From contig JBHGNT010000012.1 of the NCBI GenBank assembly GCA_043228905.1, positions 11,346,001 to 11,410,000 on the forward strand: a stretch of DNA of 64,000 nucleotides, given 5' to 3'. The position numbers and the translations under genes were made by a program. The notes below the pieces were generated by a model. It did not search any database. It was not told the DNA's origin and saw only the letters and a list, made by a program, of their open reading frames with translations. Origin of the DNA: Azolla caroliniana. Taxonomy: Eukaryota; Plantae; Polypodiophyta. Positions 50,577 to 62,463 of this stretch are shown here, piece by piece; position 1 is the stretch's first letter, and each line of letters opens with the position of its first letter.

Positions 50577-53500
50577 TGATGGAAATAAACGAAACTTTCC
50601 AAACTTCACCTCTCGGCCACAACCAAGGAAACACACGAATCGTTGTTGCAGAAAATGGGAAATGCGAAAAATAGAGAGGACACACGATTTATCGTGGAAA
50701 ACCCTGTACGGGAAAAACCACGGGAGTACAAGACTCCAAACCAACACTATACAAAGAGAAGTATACAATGGCGAGCTGCAAGGCGACGACCTTGAGCTCG
50801 CTGTCCTCGCCACAGGCGGCAGAAATACACAAAGGCGTCGTCCTCTTCCTCTCTCGCGCTCTATCTCTCTCTCTCTCTCACGGCTGCTCTCTCTTCACTC
50901 CTCTAGAGTGGAAAAACAGGAAAATGAATAGCAACAACAAAACTGTTTGCCCTAAGTCATATTTATACATATATGACTTTGGGGCTATTTACAACTATAG
51001 CCTCAGGGGCCCTTAGCAGACATATTCACGGATATGTCCCTGCATCCGGATCTCTCTCCGGGTACATTCGTCATCCGGCTCCGAGGTCGGGGTCTTCATC
51101 ATCCGGTTCCGAAACCGAAACCGGGCTGGTCGGCATTCATCTCCGATATCCGACCATCCCATCCGAAGGGACCGTAATCCCAACAAACTCCCCCTTCACT
51201 TCGGCATGGGATGTCTTTCCAATCCGATCCTCTTCCGGCATGCTTCCAGCTTGTCGGGTGTGAGCACCTTGGTCAGCATATCCGACCCGTTCTCGTCCGT
51301 GTGGATCTTCGTCAGCACGAACTCCTTGTCTTCTATCCTTTCCCGGATCCAGTGATATCTTCGCTGGATGTGCTTCGTCCGGGAGTGATAGGCCGCGTTC
51401 TTCGCAAGGTGGATTGCACTCTGACTGTCGCAGTAGAGTCGGTACTCCTCCTGCCGGATACCGAGCTCTCTAATGAAGTTCTTCATCCATATTATTTCCT
51501 TGCCGGCTTCAACAGCCGCCATGTACTCCGCCTCCGTGGTTGACAACGCAACCGTCTTCTGCAGCCTCGACTGCCATGAAACAGCTCCCCCTGCATACGT
51601 CATCACATACCCTGATGTGGACCAGCTGGTATCTGCATCAGCCGACATATCCGAATCGGTGAAGCCGTCGAGTTCGGGCTTACCCGAGCCGAATCGGAGG
51701 CACACGTTTGCCGTGCCCTTCAGGTATCGGAGTATCCACTTGACCGCGTTCCAATGCTCTTTGCCGGGATTGCTCATGTACCGGCTCACCACTCCGACTG
51801 CATATCCTATGTCCGGTCGGGTACACACCATCGTGTACATCAAGCTCCCGACGGCAGAGGCATATGGTACTTTCATCATGTCCTCCTTCTCAGCCTTTGT
51901 CTTGGGGCTTTGCTTGCTGGACAGCTTGCAGTTTGCCGGGAGTGTTGACCCGACCGGTCTTGCTTCCGACATGTTGAACCGGTGAAGCACCTTTGTCACG
52001 TACTTCTCCTGTGACAGCCACAACTGCTTCTTGCTCCGGTCCCGGATGATGTGCATCCCTAGTATTTGTCTCGCCGGACCCAGGTCCTTCATTGAGAAGG
52101 TTCGGTGAAGAGCCTTCTTCAGCATCCAGATCTTGACCTGGTCCCGTCCGACGATCAGCATGTCGTCTACGTACAGGAGGAGTATTAGAAAGTCTCCTCC
52201 TTCGAACTTCTTCACAAACACGCAGTGGTCGGACTGCGTTTTGAGGTACCCTTCGTCGGTCATGAAGGAGTCGAACTTCCGGTACCATTGCCGGGGAGCC
52301 TGCTTCAGTCCGTAAAGGCTCTTCTTCAACCGGCATACCAGGTGCTCCTTCCCTTTCTTCTCGAATCCTTCCGGTTGCTGCATGTAGATCTCTTCTTCGA
52401 GGTCACCGTGAAGGAATGCCGTCTTCACGTCCATCTGTTCTACCTCGAGGTCCATGCTTGCCGCTATGCTCAGCACCGTCCGGATGGAGGTCATCTTCAC
52501 TACCGGGGCAAATATCTCGTCGAAGTCGACGCCCTTCTTCTGCTGAAACCCCTTCACCACGATCCTGGCTTTGTATCTCGGGGGGTTTCCGGCATCTCCC
52601 GGTTTCAGCTTGAACACCCACTTGTTTCGAAGTGCCCGCTTTCCTTTCGGCAACTCCACAAGTTTATATGTGTGGTTCTCATGCAGGGAATCCATCTCGT
52701 CCTGCATGGCACTCAACCACCTGCGGCTCTGGGTGTCATGCTTTGCTTCTTCAAAGCTCTCCGGCTCCCCTTCGTCGGTTAGCAGCACATGCTCTGGTTC
52801 CGGAAATCTCCGGGGGGCCCTTCTCTCTCTTAGAGGATATCTCCGTTCTGGAGCTTCGGTAACCGGTTCTTCCGATTCTTCTTCATCCGAGTCCATTTCG
52901 GGATCGGGGCCGATTCCGGTATCATTTTCATCTTCTTCGCCCGGTTCTGTTTCTTCACCGTCTTCGGCCGGATCCTCGAGTGCTAACCGGTCCCTTGCCG
53001 GTCGGGACTGCTCCTCGTAGAGTTGATCCTCACCGGTCGACTTGGAGCTCTTCATCTTCTTCTCCGACTCCCAGTCGGCGAGTGTCTTGTCCTCCATGAA
53101 GATGATGTCTCGACTCCTGAATATCTTCTTGTCGACCGGGTCCCATACTCGGTAGCCGAACTCATCGTCGCCGTAACCGAGGAATATGCATGGCCGGGTC
53201 TTTGGATCTAGCTTTCCTCTCCGGTCCTTTGCCACATGCACGTATGCGAAACACCCGAACACCTTCAGATGCCGGTAGGATACTTCCCTACCGGTCCACA
53301 CTCTCTGCGGCGTGTCTCCGTCCAAAGGTACTGAGGGTGATCTGTTTATCACGTATGTCGACGTCGACATTGCCTCAGCCCAAAACCCCTTGGGTAATTT
53401 CGCATGCGCCAGCATACTCCGGACCCTCTCCATTATGGTCCGGTTCATCCTCTCGGCCAGCCCGTTCAGTTCCGGCGTCTTCGGCACAGTAAACTCGAGT

Positions 53501-55908
53501 CGGATTCCCTTCGAGCGACAGTACTCCGCGAACTGCCCCCGGTATTCCCCTCCGTTATCCGCTCGTATCGCTTTCAGCTTCTTGCCGGATTCCCTTTCCA
53601 CTCTCGCGTGAAGTTCTTTGAAGACGCACAACACTTGGCCCTTTGTCTTCAACGGTGCCGTCCACAGCTTCCGGCTGTGGTCATCAATGAATGTCACGAA
53701 GTACTGGGCTCCGCCATGTGACTTCGTTTCTACCTGACACACATCAGTGTGCACCAGCTCCAATGGTGCACTACGTCTCATCGGTGGCCTTGAGTGGAAG
53801 GAGGTTCGGTTCTGCTTACCGGCCAGGCAATCGGTGCACTTCTCCAGGTGCACATGCTTCACTGGAATGAGGTTGTCTTCTGCAAGCCTCTTCATCCCCT
53901 TCTCACTCATGTGACACAGTCTTTTGTGCCACAGCTCACCTGCAGTGTCGGCTGCCACATTCAGCTCTTCCGGACATAACCGGGCATTCATCAGGTACAG
54001 TGTGTTGACCTTCCGGGCCCGAGCCACTATCAGGCTCCCCTTGCTGAACTTCATGACACCGTTCCGGATGCTACCCGTGTAGCCTTCATCATCTAGCCTC
54101 CCGGCCGAGATCAGGTTCAATCGAACCTCCGGAACGTGTCGGACATCCTTCAGCAGCATTTTGCATCCGGTCGGGGTTGTCAACCACACGTCTCCTATGC
54201 CGGCAATCCGGCACGTACCTTCATTTCCCATCCGAACACAGCCATGCTCACCGACTGTGTAGGATGAGAAGTATCTTCTCTCCGGGGTCAGGTGGAACGA
54301 TGCTCCGGAATCGACCACCCAGGTCGTCTCATCGCCGGCAATGTTTAGTTCACCTTCTTCGGTGATGAGCATGATTTCTGCCTCACTTGCCGCGAGTGCC
54401 GTCGTTCCTTTCCGGTCCTGCCCTCGCCGATCCGAACCTCTCCGGTCCGTGGCTCCCCGGTATGCACCATTTCTCTCCGGTGACTTCTTCGAATCGGTGT
54501 CGTCGGCTCCGTTGTCTTTTCGGTAATGCCGACAATTCTTTCGGAAGTGCCCCGGCTTCCCACAGTGGAAGCATGTGGGCCTTCCTCTTGACTGCGACCG
54601 GGTCCCCGACTTCTCCCGTCTTTGCGGACTCCGGTTCCATTGTCTTCCCCGATCCGATTCGGTAAGCAGCGCCTTCGAGTCGGAGGCCGGTTCTTTGTCT
54701 CTTCGACGCGCTTCTTCGTTCAAAATACTTGTCTTTACCGTTTGTAAGGACAAGTTATCTTCGGTGCAGGAGGTGCTGAGAGTCACCACCAAGTTCTCCC
54801 AGCTTTCCGGCAATGTACACATCAGGATGATGGCTTGCATTGCATCCTCCAACGGGAACTTGATCGCCGCAAGCTGGTTCACGAATCCCATGAACGTGCT
54901 TACGTGTTCCACCATACTCTCGCCGTCCCGATACTTGAGGTTCACTATCTTCCTCATCAGGGAGGTCTGGTTCAACGCATTCTTCCTCTCGTAGAGGCCC
55001 GACAGCTTCTTCCACATCTCATATGCGTTGGTGTCGTTCGCCACATGTTGTAGGACGCTTACATCGACATATTGTCGGATCGTCGCTACGGCTTTCCGGT
55101 TCAGGAGCTTCCACTCCGACTCAAGTACCCCTTTCGGTATTTCCGACCTGTCAATCGGTTCGTACAGGTCCCGAACAATCAGAAGATCCTCCATCTTGAT
55201 CTTCCAGTCGGCGTAATTCTGCGCATTCAGCACCATCATCCCCGGCTGCCCGCTGCCGCCGCCTTCCATTTTCTGCAGCAGTTCGCTCTGATACCAAATT
55301 GATGGAAATAAACGAAACTTTCCAAACTTCACCTCTCGGCCACAACCAAGGAAACACACGAATCGTTGTTGCAGAAAATGGGAAATGCGAAAAATAGAGA
55401 GGACACACGATTTATCGTGGAAAACCCTGTACGGGAAAAACCACGGGAGTACAAGACTCCAAACCAACACTATACAAAGAGAAGTATACAATGGCGAGCT
55501 GCAAGGCGACGACCTTGAGCTCGCTGTCCTCGCCACAGGCGGCGGAAATACACAGAGGCGTCGTCCTCTTCCTCTCTCGCACTCTATCTCTCTCTCTCTC
55601 TCACGGCTGCTCTCTCTTCACTCCTCTAGAGTGGAAAAACAGGAAAATGAATAGCAACAACAAAACTGTTTGCCCTAAGTCATATTTATACATATATGAC
55701 TTTGGGGCTATTTACAACTATAGCCTCAGGGGCCCTTAGCAGACATATTCACGGATATGTCCCTGCATCCGGATCTCTCTCCGGGTACATTCGTCATCCG
55801 GCTCCGAGGTCGGGGTCTTCATCATCCGGTTCCGAAACCGAAACCGGGCTGGTCGGCATTCATCTCCGATATCCGACCATCCCATCCGAAGGGACCGTAA
55901 TCCCAACA
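50577..55908 (-). mobile_element. Intact full-length Ty1/Copia element (Tnt1/Tork-like)
   Basis: 609-bp LTRs at 50577-51185 and 55300-55908, nearly identical. TSD CATCC, PBS TGGTATCAGAGC, PPT AAGGGGGAG. Confidence 0.98.
51196..55269 (-). CDS. Copia gag-pol polyprotein (1357 aa)
   Basis: Uninterrupted ORF: CFHCGKPGHFRKNC, WVVDSGASFH, HKRLCH..C..C, DDE integrase, YVDDML, RNase H TKHI..RYH. Confidence 0.97.
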   Translation of the reverse strand: MEGGGSGQPGMMVLNAQNYADWKIKMEDLLIVRDLYEPIDRSEIPKGVLESEWKLLNRKAVATIRQYVDVSVLQHVANDTNAYEMWKKLSGLYERKNALNQTSLMRKIVNLKYRDGESMVEHVSTFMGFVNQLAAIKFPLEDAMQAIILMCTLPESWENLVVTLSTSCTEDNLSLQTVKTSILNEEARRRDKEPASDSKALLTESDRGRQWNRSPQRREKSGTRSQSRGRPTCFHCGKPGHFRKNCRHYRKDNGADDTDSKKSPERNGAYRGATDRRGSDRRGQDRKGTTALAASEAEIMLITEEGELNIAGDETTWVVDSGASFHLTPERRYFSSYTVGEHGCVRMGNEGTCRIAGIGDVWLTTPTGCKMLLKDVRHVPEVRLNLISAGRLDDEGYTGSIRNGVMKFSKGSLIVARARKVNTLYLMNARLCPEELNVAADTAGELWHKRLCHMSEKGMKRLAEDNLIPVKHVHLEKCTDCLAGKQNRTSFHSRPPMRRSAPLELVHTDVCQVETKSHGGAQYFVTFIDDHSRKLWTAPLKTKGQVLCVFKELHARVERESGKKLKAIRADNGGEYRGQFAEYCRSKGIRLEFTVPKTPELNGLAERMNRTIMERVRSMLAHAKLPKGFWAEAMSTSTYVINRSPSVPLDGDTPQRVWTGREVSYRHLKVFGCFAYVHVAKDRRGKLDPKTRPCIFLGYGDDEFGYRVWDPVDKKIFRSRDIIFMEDKTLADWESEKKMKSSKSTGEDQLYEEQSRPARDRLALEDPAEDGEETEPGEEDENDTGIGPDPEMDSDEEESEEPVTEAPERRYPLRERRAPRRFPEPEHVLLTDEGEPESFEEAKHDTQSRRWLSAMQDEMDSLHENHTYKLVELPKGKRALRNKWVFKLKPGDAGNPPRYKARIVVKGFQQKKGVDFDEIFAPVVKMTSIRTVLSIAASMDLEVEQMDVKTAFLHGDLEEEIYMQQPEGFEKKGKEHLVCRLKKSLYGLKQAPRQWYRKFDSFMTDEGYLKTQSDHCVFVKKFEGGDFLILLLYVDDMLIVGRDQVKIWMLKKALHRTFSMKDLGPARQILGMHIIRDRSKKQLWLSQEKYVTKVLHRFNMSEARPVGSTLPANCKLSSKQSPKTKAEKEDMMKVPYASAVGSLMYTMVCTRPDIGYAVGVVSRYMSNPGKEHWNAVKWILRYLKGTANVCLRFGSGKPELDGFTDSDMSADADTSWSTSGYVMTYAGGAVSWQSRLQKTVALSTTEAEYMAAVEAGKEIIWMKNFIRELGIRQEEYRLYCDSQSAIHLAKNAAYHSRTKHIQRRYHWIRERIEDKEFVLTKIHTDENGSDMLTKVLTPDKLEACRKRIGLERHPMPK

Positions 55909-56807
55909 CATCCCGTCATCCTAGGACAACCATATATAACATCGTCCCGGATGGAGACCAAGGTGTTCGATAATGGAGCAGGCTTCGCTCCGTCAAGAGT
56001 CTTGATAGTAAAAGATCTGTTCAATTACTGACGGTGCGAGGTAATCATGAAAGGAACCGAGATAGCCTTGGAGGCGAATCCTCGGATTTTTAAAGCGGAC
56101 TATTGAACCATGGGGCACAAATAGTCTGAGCAATCATAAGTCCCCACAAGGAAGCAGAGTGTGTGGATTGCAAGGAAAAGTAACATGCGTCACACCTAGC
56201 GGCGCATGCAAACTAAGACTACTCAACAAGAAGGAAAAGTGTCAGATACAAGACTTCGAGGAGGTGCTAAAAGAAGAAAGCATAATCGAAGAAGAATAAT
56301 TCGTGTCATATATTCTGGAGGAAGCCTCATTTAACGACACCATCAGCGAAATCGAGGAAGTCGTGGACTTGAGCTATCCTCACCATCAACATGTGATTTC
56401 AGTTAACTCCGTCAACATGTATACTATCATCAATGAATATCATCGAGGCATCTTGATAGAGGAAGCCGAAGTCAACACAAAATATAAAACCGTGGATAGG
56501 AAGATCAAGCCAGTTGCGGTTCCGCTATCGGAAGATAGCTGGCAAAAGATGAAGGAAGTTGCAAAAGATCCAAGCTTAAGGAACCCAAATACAATTGGTC
56601 ACGTCTTCACTGAAGAGACGAAGGGAAAGCTACGAGTTGGAAGGGAGGATTTCCTCATCCCTGAAGAGGAGCGGATGTTTCGTGGAATGCTTGAAAGACA
56701 TGGGAAGGCTTTCGCGTTTTTCCCACAAGAAATCGAGTGTGCTAATCCAAGGACGGTAGAACCGATGGTGATCTTCACGGTGCCGCATGTGCCTTGGAAT
56801 TTGAAAC

Positions 56808-59800
56808 TGTAAAGAATCAAGAGATGGATTCTTGTGAAGCGGAATAGGTGTGAACTATGTGTGTGTGTGAGAGAGAGAGAGTGAGAGAGACAAGGAATAC
56901 GCAAGGTAAAAGTATATTGACAAAGGAGATAGACTCAACATTATACAAGGTGGGAGGAGGGTGCTTTATGTAGTCACCCTCTCTCTTCATTAACTACAAG
57001 GCTCATGGAGCATGGGGAATGTGAAACCTCATAAGTTATGTGTCATAGAATATGATTCTATGACTCATACTAAATGCTAGAATACAAAGTGGTGACATAA
57101 TGGTGACTCTTGACCGTTGAGGTGTCTCTTCACTCTCAAGGTGAGTTCACACACTAGACCAAGTTGAGCTTGATTCTCAATATGCCCCCTCAAGCTCAAG
57201 TCGGGTCGGTTTTAGACGGTATCCGAAATCCGCTGCAATTCATGTTCGGGAGTCCGCATCGACTCGCGTCGACTCGCTTTATGTGGAGTTGCAGAATCCG
57301 TGCTCCAGCTTGCGTTGTGCATAGTTACGAAGTCTGTGCTTCGGTTTGTGTCTTTCTTCGCGGCTTTGCGCGGTAGATCGACTCTTTGCTGCTACGGTGT
57401 GTGGTTGCAGAATCTACGCGTTATTGCGTAGTGTCTTCAGTACTCCCCCTCAAGCTTGGCAGATCAGGGATCGTCAATCCGAGATCGGTCATGAATTGCC
57501 ATAGCTTGTCGACTCCTAAGGCTTTAGTGAAGATGTCGGCCGTTTGAAGATTGGTGCTTATGTGTTGTAGGTCGACATCGCCAGCCAGAACGCGCTCTCG
57601 AATGAAGCGATAGTGCACTTCGATGTGCTTTGTCCTCGCGTGGAACACCGGGTTCCGAGCCAGATAGATACTGCTCATGTTGTCGCAGTAAAGGGAAGTC
57701 GGATCCTTGATGGGTACGCCCAGATCCTTCAAAATCCTCTTGAGCCATACAGCTTCACACGCAGCTACGGCTGCGCCCCTGTATTTTGCCTCTCTACTCG
57801 AAAGAGAGACGGTGGGCTGCTTCTTGCTACTCCAAGATATTGCTCCGCTGCCAAGGGAGAAAACAAATCCGGAGGTTGATCTTCTATCGGCTTTGTAGCT
57901 GGCCCAATCGGTGTCTGTGTACCCCTCGAATCGTATTGGCATCGCGGTCTTGTAGAGGATGCCGCAATCCATTGTGCTGCTCACGTACCGTAGAACTCGC
58001 TTAGCGCAATCCAAGTGAGTATCACGCGGTGTCTGCATGAATTGGTTAAGGAGACCGACCGGATAACTCAGATCGGGTCGAGTGATTGTGAGGTAGATGA
58101 GACTCCCGATGAGTTGCCGATACTGAGTCGGCTCACACGCTTTGGTGCCGGAGTTCGCATCCAGTTTGAGATTACGATTGAGCGGGGTTGCCACGGATTT
58201 GCACTCAGCCATCCCGAACTTGTATAACAAGTTGAGGATGTAGTGCCGTTGAGAGATCATGATTCCGGCCGGAATCCGAATTACCTCAGTGCCAAGGAAG
58301 TAGTGGAGCTCCTTCATGTTCGTCATCTCGAACTTGTCGGAAAGGAGGGATTTGAACTTATTGATTTCGACGAGATGCTCACCTCCAATGACTAGGTCAT
58401 CCACATATAAAATGATGACGATCGGACTTGCGGAATCGCTTCGTATGTAGAGGGAGTTGTCCGATTTTGACATATGGAACCCGATTTGATGAAGATATTG
58501 CGTTATCTTCGAATGCCAAGCACGCGGTGCTTGCTTGAGGCCGTAGAGTGGCTTCTTGAGTCGGCATACAACTTTCGGATGGGTGCTTGAGTTGAAGCCG
58601 GGTGGTTGTAGCATGTACACCTCCTCTTCTAATTCGCCTTGTAGAAAGGCGTTCTTGACGTCCATTTGATGGAGGTGCCACCCTTTCGCCGCAGCAATCG
58701 CAATTACGGTCCGCACCGGGGCAAAGGTTTCTTCGTAGTCGACGCCATGTGTCTGAGTGTATCCTTTCGCTACGAGTCGAGCTTTGTAGCGGTTGACGGA
58801 ACCATCGGCGTTATACTTCACCTTGTAGATCCATCTGCATCCGATCACCTTTTTGTATGGTGAGGTGGGAACGAGATCCCACGTCTCGTTCTTCCGTAGT
58901 GCCTGCATCTCCTCATTCATTGCTTTGATCCATCGCGGGTCCTTCACGGCTTCCGAAAAGGTTTCCGGCTCTCGTACTGTCGCCACCTTCATCATAAAGG
59001 CGTAATGGTACGCCATGTAATCGTTGTACCCGAATTGACTTACGGGGTTCTTTTCACGAGTGGATCGGCAGAGCTTTTCATTTGCAGAGATGAGGGCTTT
59101 CTTTGCTCCGATTGGTACCTCAAAACTGCCGAACTCACTGTCGAGTGAGTGAGTTGACTCATCATCGGTGAAGCGATCGTCTTCGTATTCCGTCATTTTC
59201 GCCTTGCCTTTGTCCATCTTCAGGCTAGGCCGTGATGTGCTTTGATCGCTCAAAGGCTCTTGTGGTCCGCTCAGTCGGGTCGTGATCGGACTTTCTTCGA
59301 ACATGCGCGTAAGGTGATCTTCATCCTCTATCTCTTGTTCGGTGGATTCCGGGTCGAGCGGGGTCGGAGTCGAAGTTGTCTCTCGTGCATACCAGGATGT
59401 AGACTCGTCAAAGACGACGTCTCGACTTACTCGAGATTGTCGAGTTGAGGGGTTGTAGCACTTGTACCCCTTTTTCTCCAGTGAGTATCCTACAAGGATA
59501 CATTTCTCCGACTTCGGGTCGAGCTTTTGACGCTTCTCGTCGGGGATGTGCATGTACGCAATGGAGCCGAATATCCGAACATGTGATAGGTTCGGCTTCT
59601 TTCCGAAGAATCTTTCGTGCGGAGTGACCTCGTGCACGCTGGATGTTGTGCACCGGTTCATTAGGTAGACGGCCGTATTTGCCGCTTCGGCCCTATATAA
59701 CTTGGGCATATGCTTCTCGTTCATCATGGGCTGCGCTACTTCGAGGATGTGCCGATTTTTGTGCTCGGCTACTCCGTTTTGTTGCGGAGTGTGTCGGCAA

Positions 59801-62237
59801 GTGAATTCTCGCCGAATTCCTTCCTTTCGGAGATACGCCGTGAAATCATCCGAGAAGTACTCCTTGCCGCCATCCGATCGAAGGCATCGTACATGTCGGC
59901 TCGTGGCTTTCTCGACTTCATTCTGGAACTTTTGGAAGTGTCCGAACACTTCGCTCTTTTGCCGCATCGGATAGATCCAAGTGTGCCTAGAAAAGTCGTC
60001 GATGAAGAGCACGTAATATCGGCATCCGCCGAATGTCGCCGTTTGGGCCGGACCCCATACATCGGAATGAATTACGTCGAGTACGCCTTTGCTCACATTC
60101 CGCTCCTTCGGGAATGGGTGTCGGTGTTGCTTGCCGAATTGGCACGCTTCGCATACACCTTCAATTTCCTTCTCTTTGAATGTCGGGAGTCCGATAACGA
60201 CTCCTTTCGATCTCATTGCTTTGAGTTTGTTGAGATTGATGTGACCGATTCGCTTATGCCATAGCTGTATGTCGGAGTCGGCTTTCGTGCTTTTCGCGAA
60301 CATGGCAGATTTCATCTCCTGCGAATCGAGAATGAACATCCAGCCCTCTCTTCTTCTGCATGCGATGATTCAGCCTTCTTTTTCGATGAGTGACCCTTCT
60401 TGATCGAATCGTACTTGCATCCCTTGCTCAACCATTTGGCCGACCAAGACCAAATTCTTCGTGATGGTGGGAACATGCAAGACATTTTTAATGTATGTTT
60501 GCTTACCTCTTTCGCCGAACGGGACATTGCCGATGTGCCGAATCGGGTGCGTAGTGTCATCTCCGGTTTCGACATAACCGGGTCGCTCCGGCTCTCGAAG
60601 TTCGAGAAACCATTCTTTATGGGATGTCATATGGTTTGAGGCTCCGGAGTCTACAAACTATACGTCCTCCGGATTGAGGGCACTAGTTAAGGTAGAGGCC
60701 GACATAGAGTTTGCTCTATGTTTCATCATGAACATTCCGCCACGGTCGGAGTTGTATGCGTACATTCCGCCACGATCCTCGTAGTCAGAGTTGTGCCCGT
60801 ACATTCCGCTATACTCTTCGTAGTCGGAATTGTGCTCGTAATTTGTGAGTTGTCGGCTTGTGGAAGCTGATTCACGCATCTTCTTTCGGCACTCTTCTTC
60901 GTGGTGGCCGAGCTTTCCGCAATATCCGCATTTGGTTGCGTTTTGACGGCTCGGGCCGGAGTGAAAGCTCCCCCTTCTTGCGAAGGTTCCTCGTTGGCCT
61001 CCGTTTTGCAGCCGAAATTGAGAGTTGTTGTCGTAGGTCGGACCTCGTCCGCCTTGTCCTTGGCCGAATCGGCCTCTCGCTCGTTTGCGTCCTCTTCCTC
61101 CATTAGAGTGCGTGTAGAGCATGTGGCCTTCCGACTCATTGCTCCTTGTACGCACGTGGTTTTCTTCGACCAATAGCATTGATTGGAGCTCGAAGAAGGA
61201 GGGAGATTTCTCTCGTGCTAGAACGGAGGTTCGCATCGCACCGAACCGTGGTGCGAGGCCACCAAGGCATATTTGCACCATCTCATCATCATCTATACTT
61301 ACACTTATTGAACCGAGCGAGTCGCAAAGCTCCTTGATCTTCAAGGTGTATGTCGTGATGGACATGTCCCTTGGCGGAGTTGAAGCTTCCTCGCGGTCGT
61401 GTTGGCGGCTAAAATCTTTCGTAGGTTTTCCCACGCTTCCTTCGGCGTCTTGGCTTCTCGAATGTAACCGAGCATGTGGTCGTGAACACATGTCGCCAAA
61501 CAATACATCACGCGGCTTGTGGCTTGCTCCCATGTTGCGTATCCGGGAGCCGCTTCGGCGGGTCGGTCTTCATGCGCTCCTTTGATGTAGCTCCAATAGC
61601 CTTGTCCGACAAGGTATTGGTGCATCTTGTACTCCCAAGATGCGAAGTTGTTTCGATCCAACTTCTCGGTAGGGAGAGCACTCCCCATTTGAGTATTCAT
61701 TATGTCGATTCTTCTTCTTCTTCTTCTTCTCTCTTCGAGTGCGAGCTATGTAGCAAAGCTACAATAGTGATGAGCCGGTTCTTGGTCGTCGGCGTGGAGC
61801 ACAACACACGATCACGATGAGGCGAATGGGCTAGATTGAGCTACCAAATTGCTCTGATACCATGTAAAGAATCAAGAGATGGATTCTTGTGAAGCGGAAT
61901 AGGTGTGAACTATGTGTATGTGTGTGAGAGAGAGAGTGAGAGAGACAAGGAATACTCAAGGTAAAAGTATATTGACAAAGGAGATAGACTCAACATTATA
62001 CAAGGTGGGAGGAGGGTGCTTTATGTAGTCACCCTCTCTCTTCATTAACTACAAGGCTCATGGAGCATGGGGAATGTGAAACCTCATAAGTTATGTGTCA
62101 TAGAATATGATTCTATGACTCATACTAAATGCTAGAATACAAAGTGGTGACATAATGGTGACTCTTGACCGTTGAGGTGTCTCTTCACTCTCAAGGTGAG
62201 TTCACACACTAGACCAAGTTGAGCTTGATTCTCAACA
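56808..62237 (-). mobile_element. Full-length Ty1/Copia element with disabled ORF
   Basis: 375-bp LTRs at 56808-57182 and 61863-62237, TSD GAAAC, PBS TGGTATCAGAGC. Frameshifts in gag and PR, and a stop at 60658. Confidence 0.96.
57421..61700 (-). pseudogene. Copia gag-pol, broken into four ORFs
   Basis: KLDRNNFASW, CGYCGKLGHHEEEC, VDSGASNHM, integrase, YVDDLVI, HARTKHIEVHY. Confidence 0.93.
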
Positions 62238-62463
62238 GAAACCGATACCGATTCCGAGAGCACACCTACTGAAGCTGATCGAGCTCTTAAAGGAGAAGGT
62301 GAGGATGGGAATTCTAGAACCGTCGAACGCTCCTTATTCTAATAGGTGGTTCACGGTGCCAAAGAAGAATGGATCTTCGTGATTCATTCAAGATCTTCAA
62401 CCCGTCACCAAGGTGACAATTCGGAATGCTGGAATCGGTCCGACTGTGGATGAATTTGTTGAG

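Larger units (their letters stand above)
49447..62463 (+). mobile_element. Ty3/Gypsy 5' half (gag end, protease, RT start) of the same element, interrupted by two Copia insertions
   Basis: LIDHGSEINLM, QDSASHP|HPVILGQP across the first Copia, YKTVDRKIKPV, PWNLK|PIPIPRAH across the second, then PYSNRWFTVPKKNG...PTVDEFVE. Confidence 0.88.

Noticed and set aside
51211-55302. Many + strand ORFs within the Copia
   Set aside because: Antisense shadows of a GC-rich coding sequence.
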